From: Paludibacteraceae bacterium
GTDB taxonomy: Bacteria > Bacteroidota > Bacteroidia > Bacteroidales > Paludibacteraceae
Direction: 5' to 3'
Assembly: GCA_024400135.1 (NCBI GenBank)
Contig: JAKSNE010000001.1
Coordinates: forward strand, 1 to 53,642
Length of the DNA stretch: 53,642 bases
The position numbers and the translations under genes were made by a program. The notes under the pieces were generated by a model. That model was not told the DNA's origin. It saw only the letters and a program-made list of their open reading frames with translations, and made no database searches. This document shows positions 13,179-20,455 of this stretch, one piece after another (the first letter of the stretch is position 1; each line of letters starts with the position of its first letter).

Positions 13179-13249
13179 AAACTTATAAACTTATAAACTC
13201 TCAACTACTCTAAACTCTACACTAGCCCAAAGGGCGTCAACTCTAAACT
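13179..13249 (+). repeat. Intergenic heptamer array (CTTATAA/CTCTAAA units) between the USP-like gene and gmk
   Basis: aaacttataaacttataaactctcaactactctaaactctacacta...caactctaaacta ends 3 nt before the gmk ATG. Confidence 0.85.
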
Positions 13250-13252
13250 AAT

Positions 13253-13807
13253 ATGATACTCATCATCTGTGCTCCCAGCGGCAGTGGCAAATCCACGATG
13301 GTACACCACTTGCTCACCACCTATCCGGGTCGTTTTGAACTCTCCGTCTCTTGTACTACGCGTGCTCCGCGTGGGCAGGAAGTCGATGGTCGCGAATACT
13401 ATTTCATCTCGCGCGAAGCCTTTGAGCAGAAGATTGCCGAAGGCGCTTTCATTGAACACGAACAGGTGTACGAAGGGCTGTATTACGGTACGCTGTATTC
13501 CGAGATCGACCGTATCCAAGCCAAAGGGGCTATTCCTATCTTCGATGTCGATGTGAAGGGAGGAATCAACTTAGAGCACATCTTTAGGGACAAGGCGCTC
13601 AGTATTTTCGTGTGCCCGCCGAGTCTGGAGGAACTCTCTCGTCGTCTTCATGGTCGAGGCGACACCTCCGAGGAGATGATTGAGAAACGTTTAGCCAAAG
13701 CGTCTATTGAGATGGCGGACGCTCATGAGTTTGATGTTCAACTCGTTAACGATAACCTCGAGTCCGCTTTTCAGCAACTCGACGCCCTCGTCACCCCCCT
13801 ACTCTAA
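13253..13807 (+). CDS. gmk: Guanylate kinase
   Basis: P-loop APSGSGKST plus SCTTRAPRGQEVDGREYYF and the rest of the GMP-binding region. Confidence 0.9.
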   Translation: MILIICAPSGSGKSTMVHHLLTTYPGRFELSVSCTTRAPRGQEVDGREYYFISREAFEQKIAEGAFIEHEQVYEGLYYGTLYSEIDRIQAKGAIPIFDVDVKGGINLEHIFRDKALSIFVCPPSLEELSRRLHGRGDTSEEMIEKRLAKASIEMADAHEFDVQLVNDNLESAFQQLDALVTPLL

Positions 13808-13872
13808 GTACGATTTTTTTCGTTACGAAATTTTTCGTTACGGTACAACTTTTTCTTAATATGTGCAAATAA

Positions 13873-13913
13873 ATTCCTATTTTTGTGGTATTTTGATTCC
13901 TATTTTTGTGGTA
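13873..13913 (+). repeat. 18-bp direct repeat x2 (ATTCCTATTTTTGTGGTA), period 23
   Basis: Identical copies at 13873-13890 and 13896-13913. Confidence 0.9.
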
Positions 13914-14078
13914 CACAATCCACGATCCCCCTTTTGAAGGTCAGGCGGCTTCAAGAGCCCTATTGGGGATAAGCACCCTTGCTTAAGGATTGCTTATTCC
14001 TTGCTGATTGGACTTAGGTTGACCTTGCGAAGATAGTATTTTTGTGAGCTCCTCGCTATGTGTTTTCAGCCTCCAACT

Positions 14079-14116
14079 CCGCGTGATTTCCGCGTGATTA
14101 CCGCGTGATTTCCGCC
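14079..14116 (+). repeat. 11-nt tandem repeat x3.4 (CCGCGTGATTT)
   Basis: ccgcgtgatttccgcgtgattaccgcgtgatttccgcc. Confidence 0.9.
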
Positions 14117-14174
14117 TTTGTCAAGGAGGATGCCCGAGGGATACCCGTCCTTGATGATTACTAGATTCCCTAGA

Positions 14175-14262
14175 AAGTAGGACATGTCCTAGTGTCCTAC
14201 TTTATGTAAAAGTCTGGCAGAGTGTGAGTTATAGAGAGTAGGACAGTTGGACATGTCCTACT
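14175..14262. repeat. Two interrupted copies of the palindrome AGTAGGACATGTCCTACT
   Basis: 14175-14202 reads aagtaggac-atgtcctagt-gtcctactt. 14237-14262 reads agtaggac-agttggacat-gtcctact. Each contains the GGACATGTCC core plus a duplicated half-site. Confidence 0.85.
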
Positions 14263-14272
14263 TAGAAATATG

Positions 14273-14362
14273 CAAACTGCCACGTGGCAGTTTGGCAATT
14301 TGTTATAACATACTGTTCTATAGTCTATTACACAGAACTGCCAAACTGCCATTGGCAGTTTG
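14273..14362. repeat. Two palindromes with identical arms CAAACTGCCA / TGGCAGTTTG
   Basis: 14273-14294 is a perfect 22-bp palindrome, caaactgccacgtggcagtttg. 14342-14362 reads caaactgcca-t-tggcagtttg. Confidence 0.9.
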
Positions 14363-14439
14363 CATGTGTAAACAAAAATAGGACGATGTCAACGTTTTTG
14401 GGAAAGTGTCAACGAGGTTAGGAAAAGTGAGATAAAACC

Positions 14440-15648
14440 TTAAAATAACCCCATCACCTTCTCGATAATCGGTGCCATATCATAGTACTTATACTCCGCT
14501 AAGCGACCACCAAAGAGTACGTTCTCCTCTCTTTCTGCAAGTTCTCGATACTGCTCTGCAAGCGCATTATTTTTGTCGTCATTGACAGGATAGTATTGCT
14601 CCATACTCGGTTTATATTCTGTCGAATATTCCTCACTCACTACCGTCTTTGGACAGTCATAAACCGCTTGACCAAACATCTCAAAATGCTTGTGTTCAAT
14701 AACTCGTGTATAAGGTTCGTTATGGCTCGTATAGTTAATAACTGCATTGCCTTGATAGTTTGGTGTATCTTCTATACGTGTCTTGAAAGTTACTGTTCTC
14801 CAATCTAATCTTCCTAAACTATATCCAAAATACTCGTCTAAGGGTCCTGTATAAACGAGTTGATTAGCAATGTCTCGCCAATGATCTTTATACTCTTTGA
14901 AGAAGTCGCAATTAGTACGAGTGTCTACACCTTCGAGGAGTTTATTTATTAGCACATTGTACCCACCAATCGGGATACCTTGATACCGATTATTGAAGTA
15001 GTTATTATCAAAGACAAAGCGAACAGGAAGACGTTTGATGATAAAAGCAGGTAGGTCTTTACAACTGCGTCCCCATTGTTTTTCTGTATATTCCTTAATG
15101 AGTTTCTCAAAGATATCTTTACCCACCAAACACAAGGCTTGTTCCTCTAAGTTGAGAGCCCCTTCCCAACCTTCCCCTAAAGGGGCAGGAGTAAGCAATG
15201 GGAATCCTTCCTCTGCATGACGAGCATTGATTTGTTCCACTGCTTCATGTACTTGGATTGCTATCTTAGCTAGTGCCTCTTCTGGTGTGTGTACATCTTT
15301 CCACATTTGGCAGAAGGTGTTCATATTGAAGGGTAAGTTGTAGAGTTCACCCTTGTAGTTGGCGACAGGACAGTTCGTATAGCGATTAAACTCCACGAGC
15401 GAGTTGACAAAGTCCCAAACCTCTTTGTTGTTAGTGTGGAAGATGTGAGCGCCATATTGGTGGACGTTGATAATAGCCTCTCCCCGTCCCTCCCCTAAAG
15501 GGAAGGGGGTTGGTCTGCAATATACATTGCCACCCAATTGAGGGCGTTTGTCAATAACGAGACAGCGCTTACCGGCTTTGTGAGCAAAGAAAGCGAACGT
15601 GGCACCAAATAAGCCGGAGCCTACAATGAGATAGTCGTATTTAGTCAT
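14440..15648 (-). CDS. glf: UDP-galactopyranose mutase
   Basis: FAD motif YDYLIVGSGLFG, plus YGAHIFHTNNKEVWDFV, YTEKQWG, NYQGNAVINYT, YYPVND and GRLAEYKYYDM. At 402 aa it is longer than canonical ~365-385-aa Glf because of two G-rich inserts. Confidence 0.9.
   Translation of the reverse strand: MTKYDYLIVGSGLFGATFAFFAHKAGKRCLVIDKRPQLGGNVYCRPTPFPLGEGRGEAIINVHQYGAHIFHTNNKEVWDFVNSLVEFNRYTNCPVANYKGELYNLPFNMNTFCQMWKDVHTPEEALAKIAIQVHEAVEQINARHAEEGFPLLTPAPLGEGWEGALNLEEQALCLVGKDIFEKLIKEYTEKQWGRSCKDLPAFIIKRLPVRFVFDNNYFNNRYQGIPIGGYNVLINKLLEGVDTRTNCDFFKEYKDHWRDIANQLVYTGPLDEYFGYSLGRLDWRTVTFKTRIEDTPNYQGNAVINYTSHNEPYTRVIEHKHFEMFGQAVYDCPKTVVSEEYSTEYKPSMEQYYPVNDDKNNALAEQYRELAEREENVLFGGRLAEYKYYDMAPIIEKVMGLF
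15158..15193. repeat. G/C-rich hairpin-type insert in glf (CCCC-TAAA-GGGG core)
   Basis: gccccttcccaaccttcccctaaaggggcaggagt encodes TPAPLGEGWEG. The adjacent sequence ctctaagttgagag is an inverted heptamer pair. Confidence 0.75.
15477..15513. repeat. G/C-rich hairpin-type insert in glf
   Basis: cctctccccgtccctcccctaaagggaagggggttgg encodes TPFPLGEGRGEA. Confidence 0.75.
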
Positions 15649-15654
15649 TTTGCC

Positions 15655-17130
15655 CTATTTTAAAAAATGTTGTTCTCGATCTCCTAAGACCTTATATAAC
15701 TTATATTGTCTAATATCGCACACATACTCTAATTCCAAAACCTTACCCCATTCCGTGATTTCTTGTTCGTCACGTAGTATCATTTTTGTCATAATCTTAG
15801 GATATTTACTCGAACCTTGGAAATATAAATTATTATTACTTGTTGCTAAATAATAATACCATTTATATGGAATATAAGTCGCTTCATTCGGGTTAATTTG
15901 CACTGCAGCAATATCTTTTAAATTTTGAGTATCTATATCTCTCTTGAAATCAACCCGCTTCAGATCACTATATTGAGGCGAAATTATAAACCACGTAACC
16001 ATACCAATACAAAGTAGCGGAACCAATATCTTTTCTATCTCAATATTTTGGAGCAAAACAAACAAGGCAATAATGCAAGGGACATAGGCTGCCCATGAGT
16101 AATAAGTGGCATAACGTCCTGCTAATACGTATACCCATGGTATTAGGATAGAACCTATAATAAACATTTTTGAAGAGGAAGCAAATATCTTCCATTGATC
16201 CTTTACTATGAAAATGATCATCAAAATGATAACAAAACAAATTAATACTAGATATTCTTTATTATTCGCCACCCCATCAATTGTTAAACTATTGATTTTT
16301 TGCAATAATGTCATCGTATCATTCAAAGGGACATTATTTTCAAAAGACATATTTCCAGTTTCTATAAAATGAAAAATAGTATTCAAAGTATAACTAAAAC
16401 CAAATATCGTTCTTAAAAATGCTTTTCCACAATTATGATAAACCATCCAAGCTAATACAGCTCCGAATGACAATATTGATGAAAATGCATAACCAATATA
16501 TATATACCACTTTGATAAGGAAATACGTATTTGTAAGCAGGAATAAATAACAATAAATACAGCGACAAACATAACTCCTTCAAACCCAGTTGCCATTTCT
16601 AAACAACTCCATAAACAAAACAATAAATAGTTTTTCCAACCACCAATTTCATAAGTTTGAATAAAAGCATCTATTGTCAATATTCCTAATAGTAAACATA
16701 AGGTATCTACCCTGCCACAACTAAAAATCCAAAATAAAGTATCTGAAAACCAGAAACAAATAGCAAAACCGATAATAGATAAATTTGTCCTTAACATAGG
16801 ACTCACTTTAAATCTTAAGCATATTACTAAATATGTCATCAATGCAAAAATAAGATTGGGCAATTGTGCTGTAAAGAAAGAAAATCCTACAACCTTATAC
16901 CACAATGCCATTATTAAAGCGTACAATGGACTATATGATGGTTGTCCTCCTCCCCACACATGTGTGACAAACTCTCCTTTGGATAGCTTATATGCCCAAT
17001 CTGCCCAAAATGCATCATCATACCACGATTCTTGGGGGCGAAAATACAATAAAAAAACAGTAATAGCAAAAAAAAGTAATCCTAAAATAATTGATAGTTG
17101 CTTCGTTGATATTTCTTGCAAGCGTTTCAT
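15655..17130 (-). CDS. Polytopic GT-C-fold glycosyltransferase (GT39/ArnT/GtrC-like)
   Basis: 491 aa with more than 10 predicted TM segments and an acidic motif in the first loop (WYDDAFWADW). It sits 6 nt upstream of glf and has a 4-nt overlap with the gtrB-like gene. Confidence 0.65.
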   Translation of the reverse strand: MKRLQEISTKQLSIILGLLFFAITVFLLYFRPQESWYDDAFWADWAYKLSKGEFVTHVWGGGQPSYSPLYALIMALWYKVVGFSFFTAQLPNLIFALMTYLVICLRFKVSPMLRTNLSIIGFAICFWFSDTLFWIFSCGRVDTLCLLLGILTIDAFIQTYEIGGWKNYLLFCLWSCLEMATGFEGVMFVAVFIVIYSCLQIRISLSKWYIYIGYAFSSILSFGAVLAWMVYHNCGKAFLRTIFGFSYTLNTIFHFIETGNMSFENNVPLNDTMTLLQKINSLTIDGVANNKEYLVLICFVIILMIIFIVKDQWKIFASSSKMFIIGSILIPWVYVLAGRYATYYSWAAYVPCIIALFVLLQNIEIEKILVPLLCIGMVTWFIISPQYSDLKRVDFKRDIDTQNLKDIAAVQINPNEATYIPYKWYYYLATSNNNLYFQGSSKYPKIMTKMILRDEQEITEWGKVLELEYVCDIRQYKLYKVLGDREQHFLK

Positions 17131-17843
17131 TTCAAATTCTTTTTAATAGTTCTAAAATCTCTTAACGCTTGCCATCCTATTTTGAAGATACGCTTCATAT
17201 TGATGCTATTTACTCCGCCTTGACGTGGTTTGAACGTAATCGGCATAAAACGCACCTGCTCTCTAAAACGAACAAAACACATTGTCAAGATGATATTTGG
17301 CAAGTTGTATTCCTTCGGCATAACGTCAATATATCGTTTCAACGCTTCCGTCTGCATTAGCCTAAAAGGAGCATTAGCATCGGGCAATTTAACTCGGAAG
17401 AATATCCGAACGAGTAAGCAAACTACTTTTTCTACAAAAGCGCGTTGTTGCCCGTCTCCTCGTTCTGTACGATTACCAAACTGACCCGTATAGTTTGCCC
17501 TCTTAGCCCAAAAATCGTAAAACTCATCAGGATTAGTTTGCCCATCACTATCCGTTTGGAAGATGTAATCGGCTCCATTATCAATCGCATAACGGTAAAG
17601 GTAAAGAACCGTTGCTCCGTGACCGCCATTCGGCTTATCTAAAGGCTCTAAGTGGGGATACTTAGATTTGAGTTGAGCCAATACTTTTCCTGTATTGTCC
17701 TTACTGCCATCATTGGCAATTACTAATTTTGCAGCATTCCCCTCTGCATTAATCTTTTCGCAAACGGGATGCCATTGTTTGATGGTTGTTTCAATGTTCG
17801 CCTCTTCATTATAGGCTGGCATTACAATGTAAAGTGTGTCCAT
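17127..17843 (-). CDS. GT2 polyprenyl-phosphate glycosyltransferase (GtrB-like)
   Basis: YIVMPAYNEEANI start, DGSKDNT, a DSDGQ (DxD-type) motif, and a size of ~240 aa. It lacks the C-terminal TM pair seen in some GtrB proteins. Confidence 0.75.
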   Translation of the reverse strand: MDTLYIVMPAYNEEANIETTIKQWHPVCEKINAEGNAAKLVIANDGSKDNTGKVLAQLKSKYPHLEPLDKPNGGHGATVLYLYRYAIDNGADYIFQTDSDGQTNPDEFYDFWAKRANYTGQFGNRTERGDGQQRAFVEKVVCLLVRIFFRVKLPDANAPFRLMQTEALKRYIDVMPKEYNLPNIILTMCFVRFREQVRFMPITFKPRQGGVNSINMKRIFKIGWQALRDFRTIKKNLK

Positions 17844-17844
17844 A

Positions 17845-18258
17845 TTATTTGGTCTTAAAGGTTATAAATCTATTCAATAAATATTGCACTAACGCCACAA
17901 CGACTATGCTAATCAGTTTACAAACAATCTCATTCCATTCGGATAGTTCCACCATCAGATAAAGCATAAGTTCACTTATTCCTAGACCGATTAGACCGAC
18001 AGTATAAAAAGATAGGAAACGAAGCCAAGGCTTATCTTTAACCTTGAAATTCACTCCTCTATTTAGGAAGAAACTACAGATGATACCACAGTGAATACTA
18101 ATGACATTTGCCCATAAATAAGGCAGAATGTCAAAGTGGCATAACAAGGTATAAACACCAAAATCAAGAGCGGCACAAAAGCCCCCTATAAGCCCGTACA
18201 AAATGAGCGTACGGAAACGAGAGAAAAGAGTTTTAATTAATTTTTGTACTTGTATCAT
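17845..18258 (-). CDS. GtrA-family small membrane protein (putative lipid-linked sugar flippase)
   Basis: 137 aa from the internal ATG (MIQVQKLIKT...). It has four hydrophobic segments and ends in NRFITFK, typical of GtrA. The ORF-track start at 18387 adds 43 unlikely residues. Confidence 0.7.
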   Translation of the reverse strand: MIQVQKLIKTLFSRFRTLILYGLIGGFCAALDFGVYTLLCHFDILPYLWANVISIHCGIICSFFLNRGVNFKVKDKPWLRFLSFYTVGLIGLGISELMLYLMVELSEWNEIVCKLISIVVVALVQYLLNRFITFKTK

Positions 18259-18617
18259 AAAAACGCGGATCTCTTCCTTGCTTACTCGCTTCTTGAGGTC
18301 CTGAGAAAACCTGTCATTTCGAATAAGCTTTAGAAATCCACGCCGTGTATAGCAACCTATGCAAAAAAGCATAGGTATAGAATACACCCATGGACATCTA
18401 CCACTTACTTGTTCTCGAAAATGACAATTTGAAATTTCTCAGGTTTCAAGAAGTCGATAACAAGCGTTAGTAAACGCCTTTGCGATTAGTGCCGAAGCAC
18501 GTCTCGCTAATATGTCCCGAAATCTCGCTTGGCGAGTTACGAGTGAGACACTTCTCTGCCCTGAAGGGCGCGATCGGCAAAGCCGTTACCCTCCCGCTCA
18601 CCCTGCGTGGATTTCGT

Positions 18618-18672
18618 TATTTTCTCACTGTTTCACATCTCGTGAGCGATGGGCAGGTACGTCTGCCGGACG
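18618..18672. repeat. Repeat A copy 1 (55 bp, 54/55 identical to 20254-20308)
   Basis: tattttctcactgtttcacatctcgtgagcgatgggcaggtacgtctgccggacg abuts the stop codon of the RhuM-like gene. Confidence 0.9.
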
Positions 18673-18674
18673 AT

Positions 18675-19556
18675 TTATCTTACTTGATTCAGTATATCTT
18701 CTGGGTTAATACCCATTTGACTAATGGCACTTAAGTGCTTACCCATGGCATTGAGCGAGTGACCACAATGATAGAGCGTGTCATCAATAATCAACCACCT
18801 ATCATGGCTCTCATTCTTCCATTTATATACCTCAATGTGCTCCTTGTTTACTTCTTTATCGTGCGTCTCCATTAAACGACGCATTCCTGCTCCAACACCA
18901 TTCGTATAAATCTCTGCTTTTACCCCTTTTGCACGCACATCTAAGATGTCGAAAGTGAGTGCATCCACATAGCCATCAATAATAATGGCTCTTTGTTTAG
19001 CCGTCTTAACCAAAACTTCTAATGCTACACGTGCTTCAAAGAAATTCCCTTCAAAGAATACCTGTTCGGCAGGTGGTAAAGCCGTTTTGACAAAGAAGTC
19101 TATCTTATCTTGGTGCTCTGCTAATATACGCCCTTGCTGTGCGAACCCTCTATCAACCTTTTCTTCTAACGCCAATAACCGCTGATTTACTGCATAACCG
19201 CGGAGCATATAATCCTTGAGAACATTTGTCGCCCAACGGCGGAACATTGTCGCGTTTAGGCTATTTACACGATATCCCACAGAGATTATCATATCCAAAT
19301 TGTAGAAATCTATACTACGTTCAACTTGACGATTACCTTCTAATCGAACTACTCGAATTTTTTGAGCAGTTGCATCAAGTTGTAGTTCGTGTACTTTATA
19401 AATTTCTTTAATATGGTATGTAATCGTATTTTCTTTAACGCCAAACAATTGTGCCATTTGTTGTTGACTTAGCCATACGGTTTCTTCCTCAATGCGAACT
19501 TCCAACTTGGTCAATTCGTTGGGCTGATAGAGTACTATTTCGTTTTGTTCGTTCAC
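18675..19556 (-). CDS. RhuM-family (virulence protein RhuM-like) DNA-binding protein
   Basis: The N-terminal half (WLSQQQMAQLFGVKENTITYHIKEIY ... DMIISVGYRVNSLNATMFRRWATNVLKDYMLRGYAVN) matches the RhuM family. The C-terminal half carries an HDRWLIIDD...YHCGHSLNAMGK motif. GTG start. Confidence 0.6.
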   Translation of the reverse strand: MNEQNEIVLYQPNELTKLEVRIEEETVWLSQQQMAQLFGVKENTITYHIKEIYKVHELQLDATAQKIRVVRLEGNRQVERSIDFYNLDMIISVGYRVNSLNATMFRRWATNVLKDYMLRGYAVNQRLLALEEKVDRGFAQQGRILAEHQDKIDFFVKTALPPAEQVFFEGNFFEARVALEVLVKTAKQRAIIIDGYVDALTFDILDVRAKGVKAEIYTNGVGAGMRRLMETHDKEVNKEHIEVYKWKNESHDRWLIIDDTLYHCGHSLNAMGKHLSAISQMGINPEDILNQVR

Positions 19557-19563
19557 AACTATA

Positions 19564-19600
19564 ATCTTTACAACCGATGCCGGTCAATCATAGGCGGGTG
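19564..19600. repeat. Repeat B copy 1 (28-bp identical core plus flanking similarity to 20332-20369)
   Basis: The core accgatgccggtcaatcataggcgggtg occurs at 19573-19600 and 20342-20369. In both copies it sits just 5' of a minus-strand start codon. Confidence 0.9.
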
Positions 19601-19612
19601 TTATTTGTCTTT

Positions 19613-20035
19613 TTATTTAGTATTGAATATTAATTCTAAACCTTGATTTCGATAAAATGGAAAACGAGTATCACTAGAGATAAGAGGTAACTTTTCCGTA
19701 ATTGCTTGAGCAATAATGATATGATCAGAAGGATCTTTATGACCTTGCATCTCATTGAGTTGCATGCGAGAATATGTTTCCAAATGTTGTTCGGTGATAG
19801 GTAAAATGGTGATTAACCCACTTTGCTTTATAGCTTCTATCATTTCAAGAGCAGTTTTCCATTTCTTAGAGCACAATCTCTTGTTGTTATATCCCACTAT
19901 CAATTCTTTTATAGATTCGGCACTCATAAAGAACTGATTATTGTAATCCTCAAAAATAGCACGAACATCATGACTGAGCAAATCTCGGTCAGTCATTAGA
20001 TATACGAAGATATTGGTGTCAATTAGGTATCGCAT
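19613..20035 (-). CDS. PIN-domain toxin (VapC-like)
   Basis: MRYLIDTNIFVY start carries the first acidic PIN residue, and SSD lies near the C-terminus. 140 aa. Confidence 0.8.
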   Translation of the reverse strand: MRYLIDTNIFVYLMTDRDLLSHDVRAIFEDYNNQFFMSAESIKELIVGYNNKRLCSKKWKTALEMIEAIKQSGLITILPITEQHLETYSRMQLNEMQGHKDPSDHIIIAQAITEKLPLISSDTRFPFYRNQGLELIFNTK

Positions 20036-20145
20036 TAAAGCAAAAAGATGGGATCGTTTACGATTAAATTACCTTTCCACTCCTTAGCTAACTCCCATAA
20101 AGACTTTCTTTTGGTTTGTCCTTGTTGTACTTCTTTTGTTGCCAT
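20035..20145 (-). CDS. Putative 36-aa antitoxin
   Basis: Below the ORF-track cutoff. Translation is MATKEVQQGQTKRKSLWELAKEWKGNLIVNDPIFLL. Its TAA overlaps the PIN ATG by 1 nt (TAATG), and a consensus promoter lies 28 nt upstream. Confidence 0.5.
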   Translation of the reverse strand: MATKEVQQGQTKRKSLWELAKEWKGNLIVNDPIFLL

Positions 20146-20172
20146 AAGACTATATTTTTCCAATTTCGACTG

Positions 20173-20204
20173 CAAAGGTACGGATTTTTTTTGATATATG
20201 CAAA
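20173..20204 (-). promoter_or_regulatory. Bacteroides-type promoter for the antitoxin-PIN(-RhuM) operon
   Basis: Minus strand reads TTTG (20204-20201), 20 nt, then TACCTTTG (20180-20173). Confidence 0.45.
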
Positions 20205-20244
20205 TAAAAAAGCACTTTTCTGCTAAATTGATACAGGAAAGTGC
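20203..20244 (-). terminator. Rho-independent terminator of the mini-ORF unit
   Basis: Minus-strand stem GCACTTTCCTG / CAGAAAAGTGC (20244-20234 / 20222-20212, one mismatch) is followed by TTTTTTATTT. Confidence 0.5.
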
Positions 20245-20253
20245 ATTTAGAAG

Positions 20254-20308
20254 TATTTTCTCACTGTTTTACATCTCGTGAGCGATGGGCAGGTACGTCT
20301 GCCGGACG
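20254..20308. repeat. Repeat A copy 2
   Basis: 54/55 identical to 18618-18672. The single C>T change converts the in-frame TGA to TAA. Confidence 0.9.
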
Positions 20309-20340
20309 GCGGAGAGCCTCCGCGAGCAAATATCTTTCAT
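20269..20340 (-). other. 23-codon mini-ORF (MKDICSRRLSAVRQTYLPIAHEM) between repeat B2 and repeat A2. It could be a small protein, an sRNA or a deletion remnant.
   Basis: It has its own promoter (20390-20421), a 5' leader equal to repeat B, and a terminator (20203-20244). Its last 13 codons are the repeat-A sequence that also follows the RhuM-like stop in frame. Confidence 0.25.
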
Positions 20341-20369
20341 GACCGATGCCGGTCAATCATAGGCGGGTG
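20332..20369. repeat. Repeat B copy 2
   Basis: See 19564-19600. Confidence 0.9.
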
Positions 20370-20389
20370 GTGTTTTGCAGTTTGCGCTG

Positions 20390-20421
20390 CAAAGTTACAA
20401 CTTTTTTCTCAATTATGCAAG
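20390..20421 (-). promoter_or_regulatory. Bacteroides-type promoter for the mini-ORF unit
   Basis: Minus strand reads CTTG (20421-20418), 20 nt, then TAACTTTG (20397-20390). Confidence 0.4.
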
Positions 20422-20422
20422 A

Positions 20423-20455
20423 AAAAAGCGAAAAAAATCACTTTTCTCGCTTTTT
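20423..20455 (-). terminator. A/T-rich hairpin, a possible terminator for yicC read-through
   Basis: aaaaagcgaaaa ... ttttctcgcttttt is an inverted repeat with U-rich arms. It lies ~185 nt downstream of the yicC stop. Confidence 0.3.

Noticed and set aside
13845-13875. Promoter-like module ggtacaactttttcttaatatgtgcaaat downstream of gmk
   Set aside because: It keeps the -33-like TTTGCA on the minus strand, but the -7 position reads TTGTACC rather than TAnnTTTG. It would fire antisense into gmk, so it is probably a decayed copy of the module.
14175-14294. GGACATGTCC and CACGTG cores resemble eukaryotic p53 and E-box sites
   Set aside because: This is coincidental, a consequence of short perfect palindromes. 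It has no biological meaning in a bacterial genome.
18259-18387. 43-codon N-terminal extension of the gtrA-like ORF
   Set aside because: GtrA-family proteins are ~120-140 aa, and the extension is Cys/Arg-rich with no family similarity. The internal start is preferred, though not proven.
18388-18617. Possible ncRNA or gene remnant between gtrA and repeat A (UUCG-type hairpin gtgc-ttcg-gcac on the minus strand at ~18489-18500; cctatgc-aaaaaa-gcatagg hairpin at ~18356-18376)
   Set aside because: These are isolated small hairpins. I can see no recognisable RNA family, promoter or terminator context, so the evidence is insufficient to call a feature.
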